This document shows positions 9,236-19,469 of a stretch of DNA of 64,000 nt, one piece after another. Position 1 is the first letter of the stretch. Each line of letters begins with the position of its first letter. The position numbers were made by a program, and so were the translations under genes. The stretch is from an uncultured virus (IMG/VR IMGVR_UViG_3300014964_000592) (taxonomy: Duplodnaviria; Heunggongvirae; Uroviricota; Caudoviricetes). The notes under the pieces are model-generated. The model saw only the letters and a program-made list of their open reading frames with translations, was not told the origin of the DNA and made no database searches. The DNA lies in the IMG/VR virus record IMGVR_UViG_3300014964_000592, positions 1 to 64,000 of that record. One strand, 5' to 3'.

Positions 9236-9922
9236 GTTAAAAAGCCACGTAAGACAGATTATAACGCGAGAGTCACAAAGGCACTCAAGGGAAAGGGCGT
9301 ACCCCACCTTGAAGAGCCGATGTACCGCGTATCCGCGTCGGCTTTTACAAAGGCTATACGACGCGGCAAGGCATCGCAAGGCAGGAACGGCTGGATGGTT
9401 GACCTGCATAGCAAGAGCGAATACAAGCGGATGCGATGCTTTCTTACCCCGGACGGAAAGACGGGCGTAGCAATCAAGCGCGATGGAGATGTAGTGTCTG
9501 TATTCTCCACAAGCGGAAAACGAGGAGCAATGGCAAAAATCATACCGTTTGCGGTCGCTAATGGCGGTCGCAAGCTGGATTGTTATGCTTTCTCGGATGG
9601 TCGCAGTTCACTTCACAACATGTACGGAAGATTCGGTGCAAAGGCTCGCGGCAAAATGACCTTTGACCCGCAATATAATCCGGTTTTCCAACGCACGGCG
9701 CAGGCTAATCCCGGTATGCGCAGACCCTCTCATGTCGTGGCGATGACGCTGCCGAGCAGTCTTGCCGGCGTTATGCGGGCGTACAATGCGGATAGGAAGA
9801 TTGACCTTGGGCGCGTAAGGTCGTATGACGATTACGAAAAGATGATGGATGACCGAAACGCGCATCTTGCATTACGCGGAAAGTCAAGTGGTGTCAGAGG
9901 CGCACTTGGCGGCGGTAAATAA
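9236..9922 (+). CDS. Basic hypothetical protein with putative GTT start (228 aa)
   Basis: Sequence reads TGA TAG CGA GTT AAA AAG CCA... The GTT is 28 codons upstream of, and in frame with, the ATG at 9320 and lies 7 nt after the previous stop. Confidence 0.7.
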   Translation, partial: VKKPRKTDYNARVTKALKGKGVPHLEEPMYRVSASAFTKAIRRGKASQGRNGWMVDLHSKSEYKRMRCFLTPDGKTGVAIKRDGDVVSVFSTSGKRGAMAKIIPFAVANGGRKLDCYAFSDGRSSLHNMYGRFGAKARGKMTFDPQYNPVFQRTAQANPGMRRPSHVVAMTLPSSLAGVMRAYNADRKIDLGRVRSYDDYEKMMDDRNAHLALRGKSSGVRGALGGGK

Positions 9923-9944
9923 CCAACCCTAACACTACAAGAAT

Positions 9945-10538
9945 ATGGCAAAGATTGAAGAAATTATCCCGTTCATCCTTTACTTTGAAGCCGGCGTAAA
10001 CAAACGCTATCTTTCACTTCCTCCCGAACAGATATTTGAGCAGGCGAAAAAGACGGGCTTCGCAAATGACCCCGACGATGCCGGCGGCGCGACCATGTGC
10101 GGTATCACGATAGCGACCTACAAGGCGTACTGCAAGCGGAAAGGCTATCCCGTACCTACGGTGTTCAGCCTGCGTAACATCACATACAAGCGTTGGCGCG
10201 ACGTACTCAAGACGCTTTTCTGGGACAGATGGAAAGCCGATGAAATCAAAAGCCAAGCCCTTGCGAACAACCTCGTCGATTGGGTGTGGGCAAGCGGCGT
10301 GAACGGCATCAAGATACCGCAGAGGCTTCTCGGCGTGACACAGGACGGAATTGTCGGCCCAAAGACGATAGCCGCAGTCAACGCAGCCAACGAAGCGGAA
10401 CTATTCACGAAGATTTACGAAGCCCGCATCAATTTCGTGGATGGCATCGTGCGCAGAAAGCCGAGCCAGAAGAAATTCATCAAGGGCTGGAAACGACGTA
10501 TCAACGCAATCACCCTATCCGGGCTGAAATTCACATGA
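9945..10538 (+). CDS. Endolysin, glycoside hydrolase 108 family with peptidoglycan-binding domain
   Basis: GFANDPDDAGGATMCGIT; DWVWASG; QRLLGVTQDGIVGPKTIAAVN; FIKGWKRRI. Confidence 0.9.
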   Translation: MAKIEEIIPFILYFEAGVNKRYLSLPPEQIFEQAKKTGFANDPDDAGGATMCGITIATYKAYCKRKGYPVPTVFSLRNITYKRWRDVLKTLFWDRWKADEIKSQALANNLVDWVWASGVNGIKIPQRLLGVTQDGIVGPKTIAAVNAANEAELFTKIYEARINFVDGIVRRKPSQKKFIKGWKRRINAITLSGLKFT

Positions 10539-10813
10539 TGACTTTACGCAAGAAATCCATAGATGACATTTACCGACAAGCTCAGTCAATCAAGGTTGAG
10601 CTTGCTGGTGGATGTCATTCCAACTGGGTATCATTGATTGATAAAATCTTATATCGCTATATTGACAATATTAAAAAATCAGCGGCATACCTACATTGCA
10701 AAATAGCCAACCATAGCAGAGAATTAAACTTCAGCGCAGCCGACTTTATCAGGATTAGGAATATTGCTAATAGCCTACAAGTTTATTCCCCGGTTTACAT
10801 GGGTCTGATATAA
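10535..10813 (+). CDS. Hypothetical protein
   Basis: ATGA overlap with the endolysin stop; AT-rich. Confidence 0.55.
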   Translation: MMTLRKKSIDDIYRQAQSIKVELAGGCHSNWVSLIDKILYRYIDNIKKSAAYLHCKIANHSRELNFSAADFIRIRNIANSLQVYSPVYMGLI

Positions 10814-10825
10814 TCCAATACGACG

Positions 10826-11497
10826 ATGCCGAAGAAGCGAATTAGTAGCAAAACACCGCGCAAGCCCAAAGCCACACCCTCGTTTGATTACGAGAGTGAG
10901 GAATTTTTGTCGCAGGTCGATGCGCTTGCTTTTGAGGGCTTTTACAATACGGAAATTGCTGACGAACTGAACATTAGCCGATACGAGTTGGAAATGGCGA
11001 TTTCACAATGCGAAAAATTGCGCAACACGATAGCGTCTGCACGCGAGCGTGCGCGTGCGCGAGGCGCAGAAATGCCATCCCCGGCAATGTTTGCAAAAGT
11101 CTGGGCGAAGTGCAAGGGAAAGCGCACTCAGCTGATGAAAGAATTTGGAATCGGCTGGACGAAGCTGCAATCGTGGTTAGCGCAAGAGCCTATTTTCGTC
11201 GATATTATGGCGGAACGCGACCTTGAATTTCTGGAACAGATAGACACCGCCAGTCGCATACTTGCGTTGGGCGGCGTAAAAGGAAAGGATGAATTTAAGG
11301 GCTGGAGTCGCTACCCTGACAGTTGGATGATACGCTACCATCTGAATACGCTTGGAAGACGCTACGGCTATGGCGAGAATCCCATACAGCCGGAAGTCGC
11401 CGATGACACTATTCCAAAGGATATTGAACAGGGTATCGACATTGATAGCTGGATTCGTCAAGAAGTGGAACAAAAGAAACGGGATAAAGAAGAATGA
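10826..11497 (+). CDS. Probable terminase small subunit
   Basis: Directly upstream of and overlapping terL; HTH-like N-terminus; YHLNTLGRRYGYGE C-terminal motif. Confidence 0.65.
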   Translation: MPKKRISSKTPRKPKATPSFDYESEEFLSQVDALAFEGFYNTEIADELNISRYELEMAISQCEKLRNTIASARERARARGAEMPSPAMFAKVWAKCKGKRTQLMKEFGIGWTKLQSWLAQEPIFVDIMAERDLEFLEQIDTASRILALGGVKGKDEFKGWSRYPDSWMIRYHLNTLGRRYGYGENPIQPEVADDTIPKDIEQGIDIDSWIRQEVEQKKRDKEE

Positions 11498-12792
11498 TTA
11501 TCAACCATGAGATATATTACCCCCTTTATACTGACAAGGAACATTTTATCATCCTTGTCACGGGCGGTCGTGGCTCCGGTAAATCATTCGGAATCGGCGG
11601 TTTCTTGGAACGCCTATCCTTTGAGCTTAAACGCAAAGGTCTATCCAAAGCGGAATCAGACAAGATTGTGCATAAAATCCTCTATACGCGCTACACCATG
11701 ACCAGTGCGAGCATTTCCATCATTCCCGAATTTTTGGAAAAAATAGAGCTTGATGGCACGACCCGGTATTTCCACACGACCAAAACTGACATCATCAACA
11801 AGATGACCGGTAGCCGGATTATGTTCCGTGGTATCAAAACATCATCCGGCAATCAGACCGCGAAGCTGAAATCCATCCACGGCATCACAACCTTTGTATG
11901 CGACGAGGCCGAGGAGTGGACTTCCGACCGTGAATTTGAAACAATCGCCTTTTCTATTCGTCAGGTTGGAATCCAGAATAGGATTATCATCATTATGAAC
12001 CCGACGGATAGCAACCACTTCATCTATCAGAAATACATCAAGGACACGCATAGGATAGAATACTTTGACGGAGTGCCGGTGCAGATTTCCACGCATCCAC
12101 AAGTGCTTCACATCCACACGACGTACCTTGACAATAAAGAGAACCTTTCGGAAGAATTTATCAGGTCAGCCCAAGAAATGAAAGAGCGCGACCCGGAACG
12201 CTACGGCCACATCTTCATGGGTAGATGGGCAGACGTAGCCGAGGGTGCGGTCTTCAAGAAATGGGGTATCGTCAGCGAGTTTCCAAAGAACTGCAAGCAT
12301 GTGGCTCGCGGTCTGGACTTCGGATATTCCAACGATGTCAGCGCATGTGTAAAATGCGGCGTAGTAGGTAATGACCTATACATCGACGAGCAGATTTTTG
12401 AAACCGGACTACTTTCCAAAGACCTCATAAGGAAATTAAGCGAGGATGACTCGTTTGTCTTCGCCGACAGTGCCGACCCGCGACTGATTGATGAAATCGG
12501 GCTGGGTGGTGTAATCATCTACCCTGTGGCGAAGCCAGCCGGAAGCATCATTGCCGGTATTGAAAAGATGAAATCCTTTGACAACATCTTTGTCACGAAG
12601 CGGTCATTGAACGTGCAGGAAGAATTGCGCAACTATGTGTGGGCAAAAGACAAGGATGGCAACTACATCAACATGCCGGAAGATGCCAACAACCACTCCA
12701 TCGACGCGACCCGGTATTACGTGCTTGGCTGCATCCTCGGCAAGATTCTCAAGCCGAAGAAAGTCAAGAAATCAGATTTAGGAATATTCTAA
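11494..12792 (+). CDS. terL: Terminase large subunit (PBSX-type)
   Basis: Walker A GGRGSGKS; Walker B FVCDEAEE; MNP; nuclease motifs GLDFGYSND and NHSIDATRY. Confidence 0.95.
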   Translation: MIINHEIYYPLYTDKEHFIILVTGGRGSGKSFGIGGFLERLSFELKRKGLSKAESDKIVHKILYTRYTMTSASISIIPEFLEKIELDGTTRYFHTTKTDIINKMTGSRIMFRGIKTSSGNQTAKLKSIHGITTFVCDEAEEWTSDREFETIAFSIRQVGIQNRIIIIMNPTDSNHFIYQKYIKDTHRIEYFDGVPVQISTHPQVLHIHTTYLDNKENLSEEFIRSAQEMKERDPERYGHIFMGRWADVAEGAVFKKWGIVSEFPKNCKHVARGLDFGYSNDVSACVKCGVVGNDLYIDEQIFETGLLSKDLIRKLSEDDSFVFADSADPRLIDEIGLGGVIIYPVAKPAGSIIAGIEKMKSFDNIFVTKRSLNVQEELRNYVWAKDKDGNYINMPEDANNHSIDATRYYVLGCILGKILKPKKVKKSDLGIF

Positions 12793-12803
12793 CAACGCCA
12801 GAT

Positions 12804-14261
12804 ATGAATAACTACTTACAGCAAATCTTAACCTATTTCCGCAACCTCACGCTAAATGCGTCCGGGGTTAGCCGCGACCTGTATCAGCTTTTGCAGGATA
12901 AGGACATCAGCCGCGCATTGGATATGCTCCAGAACCGCGATGATGAAGTTGACCAAGCAATCAAGGAGTATAATCCGCAGACGCATGACGTGATGAAACG
13001 CCCCAACAAATTCCGTAAAGGCGATGACCCCTATATCACGGAAAAGTTGCCACGCACACGCGCCCGCTACATCAACGACATTGAGCTATTCTTCTTGCTT
13101 GGCAACCCTATTGAATGGAAGAAAGAAGAGGGCGACGATGAAGCCTTTTCCATGTTCACGGATTTTCTTGAAGAGCAGCATTTCAACTCGCGCATCCGTC
13201 AGGCGAAGCGACTCGCCGGTGCGGAAACCGAATCAGCCCTTATTGCGCACATCTACCGCGACGATGACACTGGCGAGCGTCGCGTCAAGCTGAATGTATT
13301 GGCGCGTTCCAAAGGCTATCGCCTGCGCCCACTGTTCGACACCATCGGCAACATGACGGCTTTTGCCTACGGATACGTTACGAAACAGGGCGGTCGCAGT
13401 GTTCAGCACTGGGATTTCCAAACGCCCAAAATCCTTGCGTTCTGCCATAAGGCGCAAATCGGATGGGAAGTCGAAATCTATCCCAACCCCACAGGCAAGA
13501 TTAACGTCATCTACTTTCAGCAGCCAAAGGCATGGGATGGCGCGGAAGCCCGCATCAACCGCGAGGAGATGCTTGACAGTAAGACCGGTGACACCAACAA
13601 TTACTTTTCCGACCCTATCGCCGCTGCTACTGCCGATGTCATTCAGACCATGACCGACCCCAACAAGCCCGGCAAGCTCATCCAGCTTACAGGCGAAAAG
13701 TCAAGGTTTGAGTATGTCAACCCGCCGCAGGCATCGCAGACACGCGACGCGGAAAAATCCGACCTTTCAAAGAGTATCCTCTTCGACACCTACACCCCGG
13801 ATTTTGACACCGAGGCTATGCGTGGCTTCGGCACACTTTCCGGCGTAGCCATCCGCAATGCTTTCATTCTTGGCTACATCAAGCGCGACAACCGTAAAGA
13901 AATTTACGATGAACTTGTGGGCCGCTTCCGCAACATCGTTATCGCTATACTCGCATACGAGCATCCCGACAAGAGAGCAGCTCTTGAGGCTCTCAAAATC
14001 AAATTTGAATTTGCGGAACCATTCGCTGAGGACAAGCAGGCAAAGTGGCAGTCCATCGCAAGCCTGTATCAAGCCGGTCTGATTTCGTTGGAAACCGCCG
14101 TGACCATGTTGTCGCTGACCGATGCTCCAGAAGAAGAAATTGCCCGCCTTCTCGCCGCTTCCGCACAGAAACAACAGCAGGGTCAGCAGCCTTCCGCGGA
14201 CAAAGAAGACAATCCCGCGCAACCCCCTGTAAATGTTCCGCGAGAACCTATCTCAGCATAA
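12804..14261 (+). CDS. Portal protein (SPP1 gp6-like)
   Basis: Follows terL; FFLLGNP and LSGVAIR motifs; about 485 aa. Confidence 0.88.
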   Translation: MNNYLQQILTYFRNLTLNASGVSRDLYQLLQDKDISRALDMLQNRDDEVDQAIKEYNPQTHDVMKRPNKFRKGDDPYITEKLPRTRARYINDIELFFLLGNPIEWKKEEGDDEAFSMFTDFLEEQHFNSRIRQAKRLAGAETESALIAHIYRDDDTGERRVKLNVLARSKGYRLRPLFDTIGNMTAFAYGYVTKQGGRSVQHWDFQTPKILAFCHKAQIGWEVEIYPNPTGKINVIYFQQPKAWDGAEARINREEMLDSKTGDTNNYFSDPIAAATADVIQTMTDPNKPGKLIQLTGEKSRFEYVNPPQASQTRDAEKSDLSKSILFDTYTPDFDTEAMRGFGTLSGVAIRNAFILGYIKRDNRKEIYDELVGRFRNIVIAILAYEHPDKRAALEALKIKFEFAEPFAEDKQAKWQSIASLYQAGLISLETAVTMLSLTDAPEEEIARLLAASAQKQQQGQQPSADKEDNPAQPPVNVPREPISA

Positions 14262-14417
14262 TATCTGCCATTGTTGTCATATCTGGATGCGTCACGTCTG
14301 TGTTAAAGGCGTGGCGCATTGTTTTACGCTATCGTCACAAAATCAGTGTATTAAAGTAAATGCTTTTATTAACAATAGTTAAAAATAAGTATTTGCTTTA
14401 ATTTTTAGGTCAAAAAA

Positions 14418-14450
14418 TTTGGTGGATAAAAGTGAAAGCATTAACTTTGC
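14418..14450 (+). promoter_or_regulatory. Sigma-A type promoter of an accessory island
   Basis: TTTGGTGG...TAACTTTGC. Confidence 0.75.
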
Positions 14451-14487
14451 ATCGTAATCAATAACCAACCTCAATAAGTAAGAAGTT

Positions 14488-14751
14488 ATGAAACTTAAAG
14501 ACAACGGCCAAATCGCAATCGACTCGGCAGACATACTGAAACAGAATCGCTATCGTTTTGAAATCGATACAGAAGACATCGTGATGGGCTTCGCTAAAAC
14601 GATGAAAACGACAACGCGCAACGTTCAAAAGGCAATTAACATGCTTAAAAAGGTGTGCAACGACTGCGGCACTTTCATCTCGCCCAGTGTGCGCATTGTA
14701 AGCATCAGAATGTATCAGAACAACAAACTCATTAAATCCCTTAACGCTTAA
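14488..14751 (+). CDS. Hypothetical protein
   Basis: First ORF after the promoter. Confidence 0.65.
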   Translation: MKLKDNGQIAIDSADILKQNRYRFEIDTEDIVMGFAKTMKTTTRNVQKAINMLKKVCNDCGTFISPSVRIVSIRMYQNNKLIKSLNA

Positions 14752-14756
14752 ACACT

Positions 14757-14981
14757 ATGGCGGCAAAACTCAACTACATGCTTTTAGGTCGCCTTGAGTG
14801 TGACTGCAAGTATTATCTTGGCAATGGCAATCGTAAGGCCAAACATCTATGGGCTGGCGACGAGCAAGAGCAGATAGATAAGATGCGCGAGCTATGGGAT
14901 GCAATGCCGGCAGACGGCAAACCAGAATGGCTCACAAGAGAACAGATTGACAACTACGCCAAACAGATGGGCGTTAAATGA
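14757..14981 (+). CDS. LPD11-like domain protein
   Basis: YMLLGRLECDCKYYLGNGNR..KHLWAG...KPEWLT. Confidence 0.75.
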   Translation: MAAKLNYMLLGRLECDCKYYLGNGNRKAKHLWAGDEQEQIDKMRELWDAMPADGKPEWLTREQIDNYAKQMGVK

Positions 14982-14982
14982 T

Positions 14983-15261
14983 ATGGCTATGGCAAAAGCA
15001 AAATACAACCTCGTTACAACGACAAGAACAACCGCCGGCGCGGAGTCGCAGTACGTCAACCCGCTTGGCTCGGTTGAAACCGACGGAATGGAAGATGTTA
15101 TCCTTGCATGGTGCATCATCGACTATTCAAATGCCCTTATGAAGAAGCTCAGGAGTGAGGGCTACAAGGTCGCCAACGTTGAAGACCATCAAGATTTTCA
15201 ATGGCGCAAAGTTACCCTGTCTGACGGCACGACAATGACCATAACCACTCAAGCAGCGTAA
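14983..15261 (+). CDS. Hypothetical protein
   Basis: Tightly packed ORF. Confidence 0.6.
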   Translation: MAMAKAKYNLVTTTRTTAGAESQYVNPLGSVETDGMEDVILAWCIIDYSNALMKKLRSEGYKVANVEDHQDFQWRKVTLSDGTTMTITTQAA

Positions 15262-15262
15262 T

Positions 15263-15496
15263 ATGTTAGCCACGGATAAGCAAATCAACTATCTGCAACA
15301 GTTAGCGGATAAGGTAGAGCGGATGCACAAGGCGCACCCCGGCGCGGTCAAGTGCAAAACCCCATACATCGACTGGCATACGGAACGACACAAGGGCGTG
15401 ACAACACTGGATGCCTCAATCAGAATCAAGGCATACAAAACCATAATTCGGGAAACCAATTTTGCTTTCATGCTTCTTGGTTTCGCCCAGATGTAA
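15263..15496 (+). CDS. Hypothetical protein
   Basis: ATDKQINYL motif; tightly packed. Confidence 0.6.
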   Translation: MLATDKQINYLQQLADKVERMHKAHPGAVKCKTPYIDWHTERHKGVTTLDASIRIKAYKTIIRETNFAFMLLGFAQM

Positions 15497-15515
15497 CCCC
15501 AAAGAACAACGAACA

Positions 15516-15776
15516 ATGGCAACACTTATAAAGGCAGACGGAACGCAGACCGTCGTACACCCGCAAGCCGGCATCGGCAAAAAGTTTACCCTCAAAGAAA
15601 TGCAGACCTTTGTTGATGGCTACGTGCAATACATCTACCTTGAAAGCGGAAAGATAGCCGTGGTCAATGAAGAGGGGCGCATCATAGGGCTTAAACCTAA
15701 CGCCCGCGCAAGCCTTGTAACCGGCTACAATCTTGTTGGCGATGTCTTAATTTGCGATAATGGCGAATTAGATTAG
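15516..15776 (+). CDS. DUF3846-like protein
   Basis: FTLKEMQTFVDGYVQ...VVNEEG...PNARAS...LVGDVLIC. Confidence 0.75.
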   Translation: MATLIKADGTQTVVHPQAGIGKKFTLKEMQTFVDGYVQYIYLESGKIAVVNEEGRIIGLKPNARASLVTGYNLVGDVLICDNGELD

Positions 15777-15833
15777 GTCAAGAGCAAGAAAATCACTAAT
15801 TTTGCAGTACAACTAAACGAGAAAAGTACAATC

Positions 15834-16151
15834 ATGGTAACAATCAAGATAGAATTTGAATACGAGGGCAAGCAGCGCAACCTCAAGGCGATGCTTAACA
15901 ACGACCTGTCAAAGTTAAGTAAAAGTAAAAATAACAACGCCACGGAAATTGTTGATGACTTCGGCGATGATGGGCGGTGGTCTTTGTATTTTGCCGATTT
16001 CGATGATGAGCATGATGTCGAAGTGATGATGTATCGTGATGCTGATGGCGATAAACAGCTTGAGGCTGATTATGCAATTATTTGGAACAAAGGCAATAAT
16101 GGTGTCATAGAAGATGAGATTGATGTAAAATCCAGCGTTAAACACACCTAA
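15834..16151 (+). CDS. Hypothetical acidic protein
   Basis: ORF downstream of TAATTTTG. Confidence 0.6.
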   Translation: MVTIKIEFEYEGKQRNLKAMLNNDLSKLSKSKNNNATEIVDDFGDDGRWSLYFADFDDEHDVEVMMYRDADGDKQLEADYAIIWNKGNNGVIEDEIDVKSSVKHT

Positions 16152-16159
16152 AGCATATC

Positions 16160-16438
16160 ATGGAATCCGAGAATTATTACGAGGTGTTTACCAATGTCAA
16201 TCATGCTGCAAGTAAGCTCTATGTGGTTGAAATGGCTTTTTCGCTTGAAGAAGCACACGAAACGCTTAAAGGCATGAAATCAAGGGTATGCGGAAAGCGA
16301 CCTCGCAAATTCAAAGGTACATACGCCGATGATGAAGATGCGCCACTCGTTAACTTTGAAATTGTGCGCGTTATTGATGGCTGCGCCGAAGAAGATGCCA
16401 CGTATCAGACAGATTGGTATCACGCATTACGAAAATAG
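16160..16438 (+). CDS. Hypothetical protein
   Basis: ORF in operon context. Confidence 0.6.
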   Translation: MESENYYEVFTNVNHAASKLYVVEMAFSLEEAHETLKGMKSRVCGKRPRKFKGTYADDEDAPLVNFEIVRVIDGCAEEDATYQTDWYHALRK

Positions 16439-16496
16439 AATTACTTGATGAAACAAAGATATTGATTACAAGCGTCTTCATACGCACTTATTGGGT

Positions 16497-16528
16497 AGCC
16501 TCGGCACTGCGCCGGGGCTTTTCTTTTG
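16497..16528 (+). terminator. Intrinsic terminator
   Basis: AGCCTCGGC-actgc-GCCGGGGCT followed by TTTCTTTT. Confidence 0.75.
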
Positions 16529-16587
16529 CACTTGCGTTCCGCGATTAAATTTGATGCTTATTTTTCTTGAAAAAAGTTGCTGAAAAA

Positions 16588-16620
16588 TTTGCACAATTAA
16601 AGTATTTACTTTAACTTTGC
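16588..16620 (+). promoter_or_regulatory. Sigma-A type promoter with palindromic operator
   Basis: TTTG...TAACTTTG, with TAAAGTA-TT-TACTTTA at 16598-16613. Confidence 0.75.
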
Positions 16621-16654
16621 AGTGTAATCAATAACACCAATATAAGTGAACAGT

Positions 16655-16918
16655 ATGGATACGACTAAAGAACTGAGCGCAAGACTTGAGATAGTAAACC
16701 TCAAGGGATACAGATTCAACACGCCCAAAGGCATCTGTACGATGCGCGGCTTCGCCTTTTACATCAAGGGCAACGGCTTTGTAAGATTCAAACATGACCT
16801 CCCCGGCGTACCTTATGCGCCATGTGGCGGCAGAAAGGCGTTACTTTCAATCCTGAACAGTGGCGGCTTCGTGAACTATGACGGCTTAGAATTTACCAAC
16901 CCTATCAGCGAAAACTAA
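16655..16918 (+). CDS. Hypothetical protein
   Basis: First ORF after the promoter. Confidence 0.6.
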   Translation: MDTTKELSARLEIVNLKGYRFNTPKGICTMRGFAFYIKGNGFVRFKHDLPGVPYAPCGGRKALLSILNSGGFVNYDGLEFTNPISEN

Positions 16919-16924
16919 ACGACC

Positions 16925-17185
16925 ATGACCGCTACAATAGAACTTATACAGGAGGCAACCCTAAGGGGCGAATACAAGCCCACAACGCTTGACGAGCTAA
17001 AGGCTAAAGCAGACATTCTCGTTACGGCGATTGATAGCCACTATGAAATCGTGGTAAAGAACCCAAGCATAAAGCTCAATGGGCGCGGCATCAAGCGCAG
17101 CACGTACATCGGCAACATCTTCTATGTGACCGAGCGCGTCTATAAGCAGCTATGCAAAGAATATAACGTAATGTGCGACTTCTAA
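16925..17185 (+). CDS. Hypothetical protein
   Basis: Packed ORF. Confidence 0.6.
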   Translation: MTATIELIQEATLRGEYKPTTLDELKAKADILVTAIDSHYEIVVKNPSIKLNGRGIKRSTYIGNIFYVTERVYKQLCKEYNVMCDF

Positions 17186-17196
17186 TTTTCATCAAC

Positions 17197-17478
17197 ATGG
17201 CATCAACTCACTTCATAATATACCACAAGCAGCATGAAGACGAGGGCATCGTACTTGACGGCTTCAAATGCGCTTACAAGGGCGACAAAGATGATATGGC
17301 AAGAGTCTATCGTGAATTTTTCAACAAGGCTAAAAAGCTCGTTGAACTGGGACAGGCAACAGACCTAAAAGAAAGTTATGACGATGATGGAACGCTTTCT
17401 TTCAAGTTTACCCGCAACGGTATCGTGATGAAGACTTTCTTATGTGAACGCAAGCGAGCCGCATGGCTTCTCGCATAA
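17197..17478 (+). CDS. Hypothetical protein
   Basis: Packed ORF. Confidence 0.6.
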   Translation: MASTHFIIYHKQHEDEGIVLDGFKCAYKGDKDDMARVYREFFNKAKKLVELGQATDLKESYDDDGTLSFKFTRNGIVMKTFLCERKRAAWLLA

Positions 17479-18173
17479 TACACCCGGTTATGACATCAAA
17501 AGAGAAAATATACGCGCAAATCCTTGAAACGCGGAACGCGATTGACAAGCTGAACGGCAACGCACCCCGTTACGACATCGACAAGTGCCTACGCACCAAC
17601 TATGCGCAGACACACACAAGGGCAGAACTTAATACAGAACTGGGCATCGCCCAATCCTGCCTACGGAACACCCGGAGCAAAAAGGCGATTGAAAAATGGT
17701 ACGGCACACCCGCCGGCATCGCCTACCGCGAAGAGCGTGAGGCCAAAATCAAAAGCCTGCGGCGCGAAGTCTTGAACACCCACCGCGATACGACAAGCGA
17801 CGTGCATCGCTTCATCTATCAGCACCTCGGCAAGCAGTGGCGTGTGCGCGTCATCGGCGAAAGAGCCATGACGATAGAACTACTTAACAAGGACGGAAAG
17901 AGCCAATTCGGATACGACATTGAGTTTTACTACGGCCACGAAACATGCGACCCGGATAAGTTTGAAATCAGTTGCTCAAGTGTCGGCGGCTATGACCCAA
18001 CGCAGGACTCGCGCAGGCTTGACTATTTCATCGGCCTGACCACGCTATCAAAGTACGATGTGGCTACGGAACTGAAAAGCCTTTTGAAGTCTTTCTCGGA
18101 TTATTGTTACCGACAGGGCAATGAAATCTACCGACTTGAAAACGAACTTGAAAACCCACCTTACAATGGCTAA
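17463..18173 (+). CDS. Hypothetical protein (about 230 aa)
   Basis: Long packed ORF; start uncertain (17463 or 17490). Confidence 0.7.
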   Translation: MASRIIHPVMTSKEKIYAQILETRNAIDKLNGNAPRYDIDKCLRTNYAQTHTRAELNTELGIAQSCLRNTRSKKAIEKWYGTPAGIAYREEREAKIKSLRREVLNTHRDTTSDVHRFIYQHLGKQWRVRVIGERAMTIELLNKDGKSQFGYDIEFYYGHETCDPDKFEISCSSVGGYDPTQDSRRLDYFIGLTTLSKYDVATELKSLLKSFSDYCYRQGNEIYRLENELENPPYNG

Positions 18174-18414
18174 AAAGAAAGAACCGGTATTATGCTACTT
18201 TCATTTCATGTATAACCAGTGGAATGAACAGACGGCACAAAAGGTATTTGCAGACGCTTCGTGCGGCTGGGAGTACCTATGGCAGAAGTGGATGCGTTTC
18301 TGCGATGAATACGGCTACTACGGTGCGACAACGATGTATTACACCGAGGGTCTTGACTACGGACTACAAGAAAAATTATCAACAGCAGCATACGAGTACT
18401 ACAATGACAAATAA
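18166..18414 (+). CDS. Hypothetical Tyr/Trp-rich protein
   Basis: Overlapping packed ORF. Confidence 0.6.
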   Translation: MAKKKEPVLCYFHFMYNQWNEQTAQKVFADASCGWEYLWQKWMRFCDEYGYYGATTMYYTEGLDYGLQEKLSTAAYEYYNDK

Positions 18415-18769
18415 AACCAACTTACCACCCATCGACCTCAAGCAATTTGAGGCCGACACACGGTTTGACATTCGTGACGCAATGCCCGAACTTGCCGTAT
18501 TCTCAATTCTGTGGCACAACATGGGCTACGGAACTGACCCCGTGGGGGTCGTTGAAACCACAAAGGCACACATGCTGACGTTGCCCTTTGTCTTCGCAAT
18601 ACGCGACCGCCTGCGCGAAGACGGCAGATGGCCGGAAGAGCGCAACCTTGAAAACTGCGGTATCCTTACGTCAATACTGATGCTCAAGGCCGCGAAGATT
18701 GACCCGGTGAAGCTGAAAGAAATGCGCGATACAATCTCACGCGAGGCAATCGCCCATAGATTCTTTTAA
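18404..18769 (+). CDS. Hypothetical protein
   Basis: Overlapping packed ORF. Confidence 0.6.
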   Translation: MTNKTNLPPIDLKQFEADTRFDIRDAMPELAVFSILWHNMGYGTDPVGVVETTKAHMLTLPFVFAIRDRLREDGRWPEERNLENCGILTSILMLKAAKIDPVKLKEMRDTISREAIAHRFF

Positions 18770-18774
18770 CGCCT

Positions 18775-19101
18775 ATGTTTAACGAATTTCAACCCATAAG
18801 GACGCTTGCGGAAGTAATGGCTTTCGCAAGCTACCTTTACTTTGACCTTTCGACCACATTTCATCCCAACGATGATTTTGCCGAATATGTCGCGCAAGAC
18901 GGTAAGCCGGCATTTACACCAATCCGCGCATCCCAACTCAACGAGCGCATGTCGGAATGTCGCAAGGTATGCAAGGCTTTTGGCGTTGATGTTTACGACA
19001 CCATGAACGTCGCCGCCATCTATTTTGAAGCCATTGCATCCGGGCAAGACGTAGAACAGGCGAGAAAAGCCGCTTATTTCGCGTCTGACGGCTCGGAATA
19101 G
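18775..19101 (+). CDS. Hypothetical protein
   Basis: FHPNDDFAEYV motif; packed ORF. Confidence 0.65.
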   Translation: MFNEFQPIRTLAEVMAFASYLYFDLSTTFHPNDDFAEYVAQDGKPAFTPIRASQLNERMSECRKVCKAFGVDVYDTMNVAAIYFEAIASGQDVEQARKAAYFASDGSE

Positions 19102-19231
19102 GTCAAAACAATAAGATGTACCACTCGCACGTCAAACGCCGTTTATTGCGCGTCTATCGCGTTATTACGGCTATTCTATCCCACTGCCCGCCTACGACAT
19201 AACGATAAGCACAACAAAAACCGACAAGAAT

Positions 19232-19435
19232 ATGACATTAGATGAATTTCAGCAGCAATCAATCACCCACGTCAAATGGGGCTGGACTGGCGACTACGCC
19301 GCACACTTGTTAAGCCGGTTCAATGACCGCAAGGAATGTAGCAAGATATTCAGCCGTTGCCGACTGGTCGCATATCGCAACTGCATCTCAATCGGCGATG
19401 CCCGTCATCATCTGATAAGTGCCGGCAAGATTTGA
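19232..19435 (+). CDS. Hypothetical protein
   Basis: Short ORF with an A-rich leader. Confidence 0.5.
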   Translation: MTLDEFQQQSITHVKWGWTGDYAAHLLSRFNDRKECSKIFSRCRLVAYRNCISIGDARHHLISAGKI

Positions 19436-19469
19436 AACGCCTGAACAAAGACGGAAAGAGTGATGTTAT